Source of the DNA: a virus
DNA length: 64,000 nucleotides
Direction: 5' to 3' (one strand)
Virus record (IMG/VR): IMGVR_UViG_3300043177_000122
Coordinates: 40,464-104,463 of that record
The notes beneath the pieces were generated by a model. That model was not told the DNA's origin and did no database searches. It saw only the letters and a program-made list of their open reading frames with translations. Position numbers and translations under genes: made by a program. Shown here piece by piece: positions 1-9,232 of the stretch (position 1 is the stretch's first letter; every line of letters starts with the position of its first letter).

Positions 1-1
1 A

Positions 2-193
2 GCTCAAATTACTGAAATGTTGGACAAGATTCTCCCCGATGAGATGTGTTGTGCAATTGTTTTGATTGATCTGAAAGAAAAAGAAGTATCTACTGTCTCT
101 AATCTTTCTGATGAAAGCATCATAGTTTTATTGGAAAAAGCTGCTGAAGCCATGAGAACTCCTGAAGAAGTAGATGATTTGAAAATGAATTAA
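2..193 (+). CDS. hypothetical protein, 5'-partial
   Basis: Open frame from the window edge (AQITEMLDKILPDEMCC...DDLKMN) ending in TAA. Confidence 0.6.
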   Translation, partial: AQITEMLDKILPDEMCCAIVLIDLKEKEVSTVSNLSDESIIVLLEKAAEAMRTPEEVDDLKMN

Positions 194-230
194 GCATACT
201 AATAATCGGATATATAATACACAGCATTAG

Positions 231-306
231 GTGGCAGTACCCAATCGGATAAGGGAGCTGTCTGCAAAACAGCTATGAGCTGGTTCGACTCCAGCCTGCG
301 ACTCCA
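231..306 (+). tRNA. tRNA-Cys(GCA)
   Basis: Cloverleaf; anticodon arm gctgt-ctGCAaa-acagc; T-loop TTCGACT; U73 and CCA end; one acceptor-stem mismatch. Confidence 0.9.
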
Positions 307-314
307 TCGCCTAC

Positions 315-404
315 GGAAGGGTGCGTGAGTGGCTTAAACGGCTACCCTGGAAAGGTAGTGACCTCGCAAGGGGTCCGAGGGTTCGAATCCCTCCTCTTCC
401 GCCA
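315..404 (+). tRNA. tRNA-Ser(GGA)
   Basis: ctacc-ctGGAaa-ggtag; long variable arm; G73-CCA. Confidence 0.95.
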
Positions 405-415
405 AACCATAATAC

Positions 416-505
416 GGAAACGTGACCGAGAGGCTTATGGTACTCGTCTTGAAAACGAGAGATCCTGAAAGGGGTCCGTGGGTTCGAATCCTACCGTTTC
501 CGCCA
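416..505 (+). tRNA. tRNA-Ser(TGA)
   Basis: ctcgt-ctTGAaa-acgag; long variable arm; G73-CCA. Confidence 0.95.
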
Positions 506-518
506 AAGGTAATTAACA

Positions 519-716
519 ATGTGTTATTTGTGTTTAGAAGATTTTGAATTCGAATTACCTGCCAATCCTAATTTAGATCAGAAAAAGGAAAGGCTTGTAA
601 CTATTAAATACCTGCTAAATTTAGCTTCATGGGCCAGTGCATTTGAGCTTCCTACTTGTGAAGGAAAAGTGGAAGAATTGAAGGCAGAACAATATAGATT
701 GAGCAGAGATTTTTAA
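519..716 (+). CDS. hypothetical protein
   Basis: 65-aa ORF preceded by an RBS-like aaggt. Confidence 0.6.
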   Translation: MCYLCLEDFEFELPANPNLDQKKERLVTIKYLLNLASWASAFELPTCEGKVEELKAEQYRLSRDF

Positions 717-730
717 TTTAGGCAAGTATA

Positions 731-970
731 ATGGAAAATCCAGCAACGTGGACTCCGCTTCATCATGAGATTCATGAAGCGTATTATAGATCTCCAGATG
801 GAACTAGTGCAGTTCTAAAAGTATTACAAAACCATAATTATCGTGTTACAGCGGAACAAGTTCAAGCTGTTATTAATTAGCACAATGAAGATATGGAACA
901 ACATATTTGTGGATTATCCTTGCCATCTATGGTAGTAAATGCATTGGCCAAGGAAGAAAACAAATGGTAA
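731..970 (+). pseudogene. hypothetical protein interrupted by an in-frame TAG (878-880)
   Basis: MENPATWTPL...QAVIN*HNEDMEQHICGLSLPSM...NKW*; the frame stays open after the TAG and overlaps the next start. Confidence 0.6.
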
Positions 971-1884
971 AAAGAATTGCAACTTTAGTTGGCTGTGCTG
1001 TTGGCGATGCGCTAGGCAACCCATTTGAGATGTGGCATGTCTCTAAGCAAGGTCTCAAAGAATGGGATGGTCAGTTTAAGGCTGGTGGTACCTTTTGGGT
1101 CGGTGAAGCCGGTCAATATACTGATGATACCCTTATGAGTTTAGCTTTAGCTGGTTCTTTGCTTGAGAAGCAATGTTTTGATCAGGACCATGTTGCTGCT
1201 CAGTATCTAGCTTGGATGGAATCTGGTAACACCCGAGGCATTGGAGTAACCACTGCTAGGGCTCTTACAGGGCTCAAGATGGGCGCGACAGTTGAAGAGG
1301 CTGGCGTTACTCATCAGGAAGATGGAAAGCTTACTGGAGGTAATGGAACAGCTATGAGGGCATCTCCAATTGGTCTCTGGTATCGCAAAGATGTTGAAAA
1401 GTTAATCGAAGTAGCAATGGCTGATGCCACTATTACTCACAATTCATTCGAGCCAAAGATGGGTTCAGTGGCTGTTGCATTAGGTACAGCACTAATTGCC
1501 AATGGTTTAGATGACCGTATTGAAGTTGTTAGAACGGTTGCGGATATTGTTTCTGATTCTCTAGTAAAAGACAAATTACTGCTTGCTCTAAGGCACCTAG
1601 AAGAAGGGACCGATAATTTCGAGGCCCTTGCGGAGATCGGCGTCAATGGCTATGCTCCTGAAACGGTTGGCGCAGCATTTTATTGTTTAGGCGCGAACAA
1701 TAATTATAGAGATGTTGTAGTGTTAGCAGTCAAGGCTGGTGGAGATACCGATACTACTGCGGTAATAGCTGGGGCAATGGCCGGGACTTTATATGGATTA
1801 GAGGGCATTCCAGCGGAAGATAAAGTAGAGAATTTTGAGTTATTACAATCTTTGACAGACGAACTTGTCAATAACGAGATATAA
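964..1884 (+). CDS. ADP-ribosylglycohydrolase (DraG/ARH family)
   Basis: GCAVGDALG, YTDDT, GNGTAMR, THN and GGDTDT motifs. Confidence 0.93.
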   Translation: MVKRIATLVGCAVGDALGNPFEMWHVSKQGLKEWDGQFKAGGTFWVGEAGQYTDDTLMSLALAGSLLEKQCFDQDHVAAQYLAWMESGNTRGIGVTTARALTGLKMGATVEEAGVTHQEDGKLTGGNGTAMRASPIGLWYRKDVEKLIEVAMADATITHNSFEPKMGSVAVALGTALIANGLDDRIEVVRTVADIVSDSLVKDKLLLALRHLEEGTDNFEALAEIGVNGYAPETVGAAFYCLGANNNYRDVVVLAVKAGGDTDTTAVIAGAMAGTLYGLEGIPAEDKVENFELLQSLTDELVNNEI

Positions 1885-1898
1885 TAAGAGTATAGCAC

Positions 1899-1988
1899 GG
1901 AAGATTGGTAGAGAGGCCAATTACGTCAGTTTGCTAAACTGAAGCTCGGGAAACCGGGCCACAGGTTCGAATCCTGTATCTTCCGCCA
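1899..1988 (+). tRNA. tRNA-Ser(GCT)
   Basis: tcagt-ttGCTaa-actga; long variable arm; CCA. Confidence 0.95.
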
Positions 1989-2064
1989 CAACTAACTAAT
2001 AGGATGTTGCCGATCCATATCGGAGTATGAGAACCCAGCATATGTGGACTATAGGGGTTAGTTG
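1989..2064 (+). ncRNA. candidate structured RNA between two Ser tRNAs
   Basis: Nested pairings caactaact/ggttagttg, atag/ctat, atgttg/cagcat, ccgat/atcgg. Confidence 0.45.
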
Positions 2065-2069
2065 ATTTT

Positions 2070-2159
2070 GGAAATGTGGGTGAGTGGATGAAACCACCTG
2101 TCTCGAAAACAGGCGCTCCTTAATTGGAGCCAAGAGTTCGAATCTCTTCATTTCCTCCA
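2070..2159 (+). tRNA. tRNA-Ser(CGA)
   Basis: cctgt-ctCGAaa-acagg; long variable arm; CCA. Confidence 0.92.
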
Positions 2160-2165
2160 AGATAC

Positions 2166-2236
2166 GGGTCGGAGCACAGGGTGCAATAGAGCCTCCAAAA
2201 CTCTGGAAGAGGGTTCGATTCCCTCCTGGCCTGCCA
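2166..2236 (+). tRNA. tRNA-Trp(CCA), short D-arm
   Basis: agagc-ctCCAaa-actct; T-arm gaggg-ttcgatt-ccctc; G73-CCA; 71 nt. Confidence 0.8.
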
Positions 2237-2289
2237 AGAACACTAGCCCCGCTTCTGAAAAGGAGTCGTGGCTTTAGCTTTATAGGGCT

Positions 2290-2526
2290 ATGAAAAGAAG
2301 CGCAGCAATTCTTGAATGGAATAAGAAAACTAATAAAGAAGAGTGGCGTATAATTAACAATCCAACTATTGGTGACATTAGAAATCTTCGGCAAAAGGGC
2401 GCTATTATTATGCGCCAGATTATCGAGCGGAATAGAAATGAAATCAATAAATATTGGATTACTGATTCTGGCAGAGTAGTTGTACAAACTACAGAATATC
2501 TTTGTAGTTGTAGGTGCTGTCATTAA
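2290..2526 (+). CDS. hypothetical protein
   Basis: 78-aa ORF in a co-oriented gene run. Confidence 0.5.
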   Translation: MKRSAAILEWNKKTNKEEWRIINNPTIGDIRNLRQKGAIIMRQIIERNRNEINKYWITDSGRVVVQTTEYLCSCRCCH

Positions 2527-2538
2527 GGAGCTTGATAG

Positions 2539-3096
2539 ATGGATTTTAACGAAGGTATGGATACCCTAAGCAAACTGTGTAAGGGTAAGGATTGGTTTTA
2601 CGATGTTGGGGCTGATCAGTATGGCCGCTACGTTGTATATGTAAAGTATATGTGCGAAGAAACGCTCCACAGTATTCCGGACACGATTGCTGGCAAGCAA
2701 GTCCTAGTGCATTTTGCCGCGTCCAAAACAGCCACTCGCGAGCAGTTTGTTGAAACTCCCGCCCCGAAGCTCAATTTATCTCCCTCAGAATTTATTCAAA
2801 AGACTCGCGAGGCCCAAGCACAAGACATTGATGTTGGTGTTGGTCAAATGCTCGATGAATTAGATGTTGGCTCAATGAACACTGAAGAATTGAGTATGCG
2901 ATATCTTGAAGACGAGTTGGATAGTCTTGAGAAGATTTGTGGAAGCAATTGTCTTCAAGATATCTTCTACGAGATCCAAGATGGACGGAATGCCGTTACA
3001 AATCACTCCCTACACTATCCTGATGTTAGATCTAGAATGGAGAAGCTATATCTCAAGTATGGCTTTGACGTAATATACGAAAGTTTGGACGGTTGA
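2539..3096 (+). CDS. hypothetical protein
   Basis: 185-aa ORF with AAGGAG RBS. Confidence 0.8.
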   Translation: MDFNEGMDTLSKLCKGKDWFYDVGADQYGRYVVYVKYMCEETLHSIPDTIAGKQVLVHFAASKTATREQFVETPAPKLNLSPSEFIQKTREAQAQDIDVGVGQMLDELDVGSMNTEELSMRYLEDELDSLEKICGSNCLQDIFYEIQDGRNAVTNHSLHYPDVRSRMEKLYLKYGFDVIYESLDG

Positions 3097-3097
3097 T

Positions 3098-3262
3098 ATG
3101 TCAGAATCAGATGAACTAACAAAAGCAGAAAAAGCTTTAGCAGACATTTTTAAAGCCGCTGATGATGCCATGGGAGAACCAGGCATGCCAGGTAAAGCTT
3201 TGATATCTTTTAGATGGATCAAAAAGTTAGCTGAGCGAGGACTTGGCAAATCAGAGGACTAA
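3098..3262 (+). CDS. small hypothetical protein
   Basis: MSESDELTKAEKALADIF...KSED*, tightly packed between neighbours. Confidence 0.6.
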   Translation: MSESDELTKAEKALADIFKAADDAMGEPGMPGKALISFRWIKKLAERGLGKSED

Positions 3263-3267
3263 GTGTC

Positions 3268-3577
3268 ATGGAAGAATCTCCTTACCCACAAATTGATAAG
3301 ATACGCACTAAGTTTGATGCAAATGAACCTCTCTCTTTAAGAGAGGCTGCTTGGGTTTTTGGCAGAGCTTGGTTCTTGCTGGACTCCAATCTATTTATTT
3401 GCTGATTGGTCAAAGAAAAATCATATTCCTCTTACTCAAAAGTTTCGTTGGCCAGTATGGAAAAATCTGTTCAAAACATTTATGGAAGTAGATTACCCTA
3501 CAGTTCGTGATAATGTTGATCTAATTGTGAATCTTCATAAGATGAACATCAATAAACTATTTGGTAAACTAGAATGA
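3268..3577 (+). pseudogene. hypothetical protein frameshifted in a T5 run (3356-3360)
   Basis: MEESPYPQ...REAAWV joins LAELGSCWTP... if one T is removed. Confidence 0.55.
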
Positions 3578-3580
3578 GTA

Positions 3581-3907
3581 ATGCCAAAAAAAGCAATTAG
3601 AAAGTATTTTCGTGATGCCTGTTACAAACGTGACGGGTTTCGTTGCGCTGTTTGTGGTATGAAGTCTTCTCTGGACAAAGCTGAGGAAGAGTTAGATGCG
3701 CACCATATCACAGACAGGCGAGAAATGCCGAATGGTGGCTATGTCAAAGAGAACGGAATCTCTTTGTGTCCAGATTGTCATCAAAAGGCTGAAGGATACC
3801 ATTCGACCGGAACGGTTGTGGAGGGATACGCACCGGACGATCTCTATAAGAAAATCAATTCCAATTATGAAAAGGCGGTTGAAGCTAGCAAGAAATTGAA
3901 TTCCTGA
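3581..3907 (+). CDS. HNH endonuclease
   Basis: RDGFRCAVC, LDAHHI, NGISLCPDCH. Confidence 0.88.
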   Translation: MPKKAIRKYFRDACYKRDGFRCAVCGMKSSLDKAEEELDAHHITDRREMPNGGYVKENGISLCPDCHQKAEGYHSTGTVVEGYAPDDLYKKINSNYEKAVEASKKLNS

Positions 3908-4022
3908 TATATGCTATAATGGGTGCAATCTTCTAATAAGATCGCATAGTAAATATTAGCCAAACACATATAGGAGGTATTCTAATTCTTGAAATTACTC
4001 TAACGCTTTAACTTTTCATAAT

Positions 4023-4394
4023 ATGGAGTTGATCATGACTCTTGATGAATTTGAATCTCTGAACGCACTTGAAACTTCAACCTCAGAAGAGAAGGATGAT
4101 GAATTCAGTATCCCTCTCGATATCACAGATATCATCAGCATTTGCAAAGACTTTAATAGTCTCGGTTGGCAAATTCAAACTCAAGTAGAGAATATACTAG
4201 AAGTTGGCGTGGAAGAAGCAATTAAAAGCGGTAATGTCAAGAAAGAATCCTTACCTAGGATTAAGTTTTTCTTACGCAAGATTTGTGGAAATGCATATTT
4301 TGGTGATGCTGTAAGTCAAGCACAAGATTGCATTAGGCTTATCCAAGACTATGAAGAAGCACATCAAATTAAATATGCTTCTAATTATAATTAA
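4023..4394 (+). CDS. hypothetical protein
   Basis: 123-aa ORF. Confidence 0.75.
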   Translation: MELIMTLDEFESLNALETSTSEEKDDEFSIPLDITDIISICKDFNSLGWQIQTQVENILEVGVEEAIKSGNVKKESLPRIKFFLRKICGNAYFGDAVSQAQDCIRLIQDYEEAHQIKYASNYN

Positions 4395-4407
4395 CAACAC
4401 TTAACAT

Positions 4408-4438
4408 AGTCGGGGGCGTAATAGCCCCCGACTCTTTT
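4408..4438 (+). terminator. intrinsic terminator-like hairpin
   Basis: agtcgggggc-gtaata-gcccccgact (10-bp stem) followed by ctttt. Confidence 0.7.
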
Positions 4439-4441
4439 ATC

Positions 4442-4855
4442 ATGGAAAGAATCTTCGACCAAGAACAGTTTGCTAAAAACATTTATGTTATTCGACATAA
4501 ATTGGGCGAATTAAAAATAATCAGTGGTCATCGTTGGGAATATCAAGTAGGACAGTATACTGTCATCATTTATCCATATGATATTGGAGATGTCCCACCA
4601 GCCGATATTGACAACATTCTCAAGCGAGACAAGGTAAGTGTTGTGTTGAATGAGCGCTCTAAATTAGGAGTAGTTTCTAGTATATCTCTGCTTGATGATC
4701 CCAGATTCAAAAACTATGAGCCAATTCAATATAATGTCATTGAATCTCCTGGAGGCAGACTCAATTTAAGTAATGGGGATAATATGCCCATTCTTCATCT
4801 CTGTGAACTTATTCGTTATCTTCATCGTTTGTCAAACCTAACAGCATTTATGTGA
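4442..4855 (+). CDS. hypothetical protein (C-terminal NLTAFM tag)
   Basis: 137-aa ORF. Confidence 0.75.
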   Translation: MERIFDQEQFAKNIYVIRHKLGELKIISGHRWEYQVGQYTVIIYPYDIGDVPPADIDNILKRDKVSVVLNERSKLGVVSSISLLDDPRFKNYEPIQYNVIESPGGRLNLSNGDNMPILHLCELIRYLHRLSNLTAFM

Positions 4856-4862
4856 GGAAATT

Positions 4863-5054
4863 ATGGATATCTTGGATAATGAGAAGATATATCTGTTAGT
4901 TAAGGATTATCCTATCCGTGATGTTCTTGTTGCTTTACAAACGGCAATTAATAAAAGAACAAATGAGCTAGTTGATCTGAATGATGGGCATTCAGATATA
5001 GCCAAAGAATTGAGTGTAGTTGCTCATCATTTAAGCATCTTTGCAGGAACATGA
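4863..5054 (+). CDS. hypothetical protein
   Basis: 63-aa ORF with GAGGA RBS. Confidence 0.65.
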   Translation: MDILDNEKIYLLVKDYPIRDVLVALQTAINKRTNELVDLNDGHSDIAKELSVVAHHLSIFAGT

Positions 5055-5551
5055 TTGCTATTCTTATTACAGCCATAGTTGCCTTCTTCGTTACCAGTTT
5101 ATTTGGTTATGTGGCCCATCGATCATTACATCAACCTTGGACCGGAGAACTTAATAAGAAACATATGACTCATCATCTGACACTGTATCCACCTAGTGAT
5201 TATGTTTCAGAGAAATATAGAAATGCAGGCACTGATAATACAGTTATTACATTTTCTGTATTGTCAATACCAGTAGTGGCTACCCCAATTATTTTGGGGG
5301 TACTAGGTATATTGCCATTATCGCTAGTTATTACAGCTCTAGTTGTAATGGGTGTTATGGCATTTCTTCATAATTATATTCACGACGCTTTTCATATTAG
5401 AAACCATTTTCTAAGTCGAATTCCAGGACTTAGGAATATCTTTGCATACTGGAACCGCTTGCATTATCTACACCACGTTGATATGCAAAAGAACTTTGGA
5501 ATCTTCTTATTCCATTGGGATCACGTCTTCAAAACATTTTGGAAGAATTAA
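5051..5551 (+). CDS. fatty acid hydroxylase / sterol desaturase family membrane di-iron enzyme
   Basis: His boxes HRSLH, HMTHH, HDAFH, HYLHH; hydrophobic segments; C-terminal NFG...WD. Confidence 0.85.
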   Translation: MIAILITAIVAFFVTSLFGYVAHRSLHQPWTGELNKKHMTHHLTLYPPSDYVSEKYRNAGTDNTVITFSVLSIPVVATPIILGVLGILPLSLVITALVVMGVMAFLHNYIHDAFHIRNHFLSRIPGLRNIFAYWNRLHYLHHVDMQKNFGIFLFHWDHVFKTFWKN

Positions 5552-5582
5552 CATTTAGCTGTGGTAGGAAGGAGTAGTAACT

Positions 5583-5864
5583 ATGTCAACCTGGATTGTT
5601 CCGGATCTTTGCATCAACTGTGGTGCGTGTGAACCAGTATGTCCAAATCAGACCATCACTGATGGATCTGATGTTGGTGCAGACACGTTCTACATCCACC
5701 CAGATAAATGCACCGAATGTGTAGGTGAAGCGGATCACGAGCAATGCCAGGCGGTTTGCCCGGTTGAGTGCTGTCTGCCTGACCCGAAGCACCTAGAGGA
5801 CGAAGATACACTTGCGTCCCGTGCTATCACTACAAAAGATGTTACTCGAAGACCCAAGCCTTAA
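5583..5864 (+). CDS. 2[4Fe-4S] ferredoxin (YfhL-like)
   Basis: CINCGACEPVCP and CTECVG...CQAVCPVEC motifs. Confidence 0.9.
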   Translation: MSTWIVPDLCINCGACEPVCPNQTITDGSDVGADTFYIHPDKCTECVGEADHEQCQAVCPVECCLPDPKHLEDEDTLASRAITTKDVTRRPKP

Positions 5865-6015
5865 AGCATATACTGACCCAGAAACGTCTCAGACAATTCT
5901 GAAAGGTGCTGCCGGGTTTAGCTGGCGGGATATTAATCAGGTACATCCGGGTATCTTTCCAGAAGATGTGCGGAAGCGACTTGATAGTTATTTCAAATTG
6001 AAAGCGTTTTGGTAA
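5839..6015 (+). CDS. small hypothetical protein (C-terminal KLKAFW tag)
   Basis: ORF whose stop overlaps the next ATG; start uncertain. Confidence 0.5.
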   Translation: MLLEDPSLKAYTDPETSQTILKGAAGFSWRDINQVHPGIFPEDVRKRLDSYFKLKAFW

Positions 6016-6773
6016 TGATTTTGATTACACAGCCACGAGTTGGCACTTCTCATAATGAGATTCTTGCGTTACAGATTGCTGCCAGAGAAATGGGTTGGGA
6101 TGTTCTCCCTGCGCCATCTGGTTGGCGTTTGGATGATGAGTTGATCCAATCTGGTGTCAAAGGTGTACCTTATGGCTCTCAAACTTTCTGTGAGGTCATC
6201 GCCATGCAGATGGATTGGACTCTCAAGCAAAACTCTTTTGATTGGCTATCTAAGATTCATCCTGCCTATTTGAAGCGCAAGGTTGACTTCATGACGCTAG
6301 GTGAAGCTCAGAAGATTCAAGAGACCAAATTCATCAAGCCGGCTGACGATAAAGTCTTTTCGGCCAAGGTGTATGCGCCTGGCGAGCTTATTGTTCCAGA
6401 ATCTGTTCCGTTGGATACTCCTACTCTAGTATCTGAGGTGGTTGAGTTTGATTTGGAATATCGAACTTTTGTGGATAAGCGAGTTCGTACTTGGTCTAAC
6501 TACATCATGTACGACCATATTGCAGATCCAAAATTTTGGGACATGATTCCAATGGGTGAGGAACGCGAACCATATGAGTTTGTAAATGATATGCTTCACG
6601 ACATGGAATTTCACGACATGGGCGGGTTGGTCACGGTTCCTAGCGTTATAGATGTTGGCAGAATCAAGGGTAAAGGTTGGGCAATCATTGAAACCAACCA
6701 GGCATGGGCATCTGGTATTTATGGGTGCAGCCCAATGTCAGTACTTAAAGTATTGGAGCAGTCCTGTGGATGA
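6015..6773 (+). CDS. ATP-grasp domain protein (DUF4343/R2K-like)
   Basis: FIKP...K.F, VSEVV...EYR.FV, VIDVG...GWAIIETN...SGIYG. Confidence 0.8.
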   Translation: MILITQPRVGTSHNEILALQIAAREMGWDVLPAPSGWRLDDELIQSGVKGVPYGSQTFCEVIAMQMDWTLKQNSFDWLSKIHPAYLKRKVDFMTLGEAQKIQETKFIKPADDKVFSAKVYAPGELIVPESVPLDTPTLVSEVVEFDLEYRTFVDKRVRTWSNYIMYDHIADPKFWDMIPMGEEREPYEFVNDMLHDMEFHDMGGLVTVPSVIDVGRIKGKGWAIIETNQAWASGIYGCSPMSVLKVLEQSCG

Positions 6774-7863
6774 ATTACTAAAACAATTAGAAGAGCAATC
6801 TCGACATGTTAGTTTAGCTTCAGGTCGTAAAATGGCCAAGCGTATTGCGGAAGAGTTGGAAGCAACTAAATTAATCATTGAATATGCTAGGGCTAATCCA
6901 AGAGAGAATATTAAAATCTTGGAGAAGGCTGAGGAGGTAGCATCTCGTCAAGTTGATGAACAATATGCTAATCCTAATGATAATTATATGTTTGTTCTTT
7001 TATTGATCTTAAAGTATCTTCACGATAATGGTATTGATGATAGTGAAGCTTTCAACATCGCTAAAGATGCCGCAGACCAGATGAAGAATTCATTCTGGTC
7101 TTGTATTGCCAGGCATAATAATATGCTTGAGACTATATATGACATGTGTCAAGTTAGTCATGCTGACGCTATTGACGAACTGTATTGTACAATCCCAGAA
7201 TGGCTTGGTGCTCGTCAGTTTGATAAGGTTAATGAAATTCTTAAGCAGGTAGATGTCAAAAGACTTCATAACTCTATTCTATATTGTATGGTCAATTTAA
7301 CATCACCATATATTGATGTACTACCATACTATCAAACCTTTTGGCAAAAAGTTTATGATGAATTTTATAGGCGCCGTAATGATCCTGAAGCTGAAGCGGA
7401 TCAGGTCCGCACCCCTGAACAAATTGAACGGCTGCTTGGAGACTTTAGAGATGGTCCTCGGATTCGTGAACATAAATACAATCCAGAAAGAGATGATGCT
7501 CCTCGCCCTAAATCTCATGAGGAACAGTGGGCTGATAAGATTGATGCTAAGATGGCTTGGGCCAAAGAGATTGAGGATGAAGACCTATACAACATGCTCA
7601 AGTACTATAAGCTAGAGCAGGAACGTAATCAAAATCCTCGAAACGAATATCATCGAATGCGTTCTAGATTAGGTGACCGAGAAGTAGATCGTCGTACTGT
7701 TGAGGCATTACGTGCTATGGCTGATTATATTGAAAAGAAAGGTCCGCATTTTATTATTGGAGCAGACCTACCTAATCTGCCAATTTTTTCTGGTAAAGAT
7801 CATGTTGAGCGGTATGTGTCTCATATTGAGGTAACGTTGGTCGCTGGGCCGTTAGGTGGTTAA
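6766..7863 (+). CDS. hypothetical protein
   Basis: Long ORF; GTG start after a GGAG RBS. Confidence 0.75.
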   Translation: MDELLKQLEEQSRHVSLASGRKMAKRIAEELEATKLIIEYARANPRENIKILEKAEEVASRQVDEQYANPNDNYMFVLLLILKYLHDNGIDDSEAFNIAKDAADQMKNSFWSCIARHNNMLETIYDMCQVSHADAIDELYCTIPEWLGARQFDKVNEILKQVDVKRLHNSILYCMVNLTSPYIDVLPYYQTFWQKVYDEFYRRRNDPEAEADQVRTPEQIERLLGDFRDGPRIREHKYNPERDDAPRPKSHEEQWADKIDAKMAWAKEIEDEDLYNMLKYYKLEQERNQNPRNEYHRMRSRLGDREVDRRTVEALRAMADYIEKKGPHFIIGADLPNLPIFSGKDHVERYVSHIEVTLVAGPLGG

Positions 7864-7876
7864 TTAGTATGAAGTT

Positions 7877-8301
7877 ATGAATACCAGTAACATACTCATT
7901 TTTATTTGCGTTTTATTGTGGGGAATAAGTTCATTCCTTAATAGGCTTTCTGTTGAACGAATGCCCCACTATTAATGCAAGTAATTGTTGGTTCTGTATT
8001 CTTTTTCTATATTCCAGTTGCCCTTAGATTGACTGGAGTAAATAATCCATTACATTACAAATGGTCGCTGTATAGTGTTGTGCTAACAGTATTTGCTACA
8101 CTATGTTCTATTACGGCTAATATTTTATTATATACTAGTTTAAAAGGAAGTAATAGTTCAGGCTCATCTACAATGATGGTGGCACTTTATCCAATAGTAA
8201 CTTTCATACTTTCAATCTTTATTTTACATGAACAATTTTCAATAATGAAGATAGTTGGAGTTGTTGTAATGTTATTAGGAGCTTACCTAATGACTAGGTA
8301 A
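7877..8301 (+). pseudogene. EamA/DMT-family membrane protein frameshifted in a C4 run (7964-7967)
   Basis: MNTSNILIFICVLLWGISSFLNRLS... plus ...LYPIVTFILSIFILHEQFS..KIVGV; the frames join if one C is added. Confidence 0.7.
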
Positions 8302-8607
8302 TTGCTTCTTTTTCTGAGGCTTGCCGCCCATCTTACGATATACATCATAGACAACTGCCCAAGGCTCATCGTATTTTTTCCAGTACTTCTTGACAGTCTT
8401 CTTAGCTCGATTCCAGATTTTCTCATCTAAATCGTTTGTGTCTTGAACTTGGTTATTGTCTTTCTTTGCAATAGAATTAATGAATTCTCTTTCTTCTGGA
8501 CTGAAATCAGAAGCTTTTTTGTCAGCAGGAGCATCATTCTCATACTGCTCCTCAGCAAGTTTAATGATAAATTTCTCTGCCAATTCAGCCACTTTTTCGA
8601 AACTCAT
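8287..8607 (-). CDS. hypothetical protein with shared N-terminal helix motif (possible internal virion protein)
   Basis: MSFEKVAELAEKF...; C-terminal DEKIWNRAK...WAVV..VYRKMGG. Confidence 0.75.
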   Translation of the reverse strand: MSFEKVAELAEKFIIKLAEEQYENDAPADKKASDFSPEEREFINSIAKKDNNQVQDTNDLDEKIWNRAKKTVKKYWKKYDEPWAVVYDVYRKMGGKPQKKKQLPSH

Positions 8608-8629
8608 ACAATAATACAAGGATAATCAT

Positions 8630-9223
8630 ATGATAGAGAAGCCCATCATTGTAGGATGCGATGAGGTTGGTTATGGTTGTTTAGCCGGACCACTTGTGGT
8701 GGTTGGGGTGAGGACACCCAAAGATTGGCAAATCCCTGGCCTAAACGATTCTAAGAAATTGTCAGCTAAGAAACGTGAGGCTCTGAGGGGCCAGCTCCTT
8801 AAAGCAATTGAAAAAAATGAGATAGCTTGGCATTTAGCCGAACGATCTAACATTGAGATTGATAAAGCTGGGGTAGCTGTTGCGCTGAAGAGCGCATATG
8901 TTGAATGTTTTCATGCTTTGTATCAACAAGATTGCTTGATCATTAGCGACGGAATTCTAAAATTTGACAATCTCGGGGTCGATGATTATGATAAAGTTTC
9001 AGTCATCAAAGCGGACGCAAAATATCCAGCGGTAATGGCCGCATCGATATTGGCAAAGACCTATCGTGACGAAAAGATGAAGACACTACATCAGTTACAC
9101 CCTTTATATGGATGGGAATCTAATGTAGGTTATCCGACCAAGGATCATTTAGAGGCTATTGAAAGACATGGCCCGTGTCCACTTCATAGATTTTCATATG
9201 CGCCAATGAAGAATATGAAATAG
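8630..9223 (+). CDS. rnhB: ribonuclease HII
   Basis: GCDEVGYGCLAGPL, LNDSKKLS, KAD, AASILAK, GYPT..H, HR.S motifs. Confidence 0.93.
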   Translation: MIEKPIIVGCDEVGYGCLAGPLVVVGVRTPKDWQIPGLNDSKKLSAKKREALRGQLLKAIEKNEIAWHLAERSNIEIDKAGVAVALKSAYVECFHALYQQDCLIISDGILKFDNLGVDDYDKVSVIKADAKYPAVMAASILAKTYRDEKMKTLHQLHPLYGWESNVGYPTKDHLEAIERHGPCPLHRFSYAPMKNMK

Positions 9224-9232
9224 GGTTTCAAA

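Noticed and set aside
416..505. Opal suppressor or selenocysteine tRNA
   Set aside because: The anticodon is TGA (reads UCA, Ser), not TCA. Likewise the TAG anticodon at 49620 is Leu, not an amber suppressor.
1989..2290. Known self-cleaving ribozymes (hammerhead, twister, HDV-like) next to tRNAs
   Set aside because: I could not identify the conserved catalytic cores by eye; the elements are kept only as unnamed structured candidates.
334..2523. ORF-track entries 334..519(-), 1996..2523(-) and 2084..2293(+)
   Set aside because: They overlap well-formed tRNA genes and are shadow ORFs.
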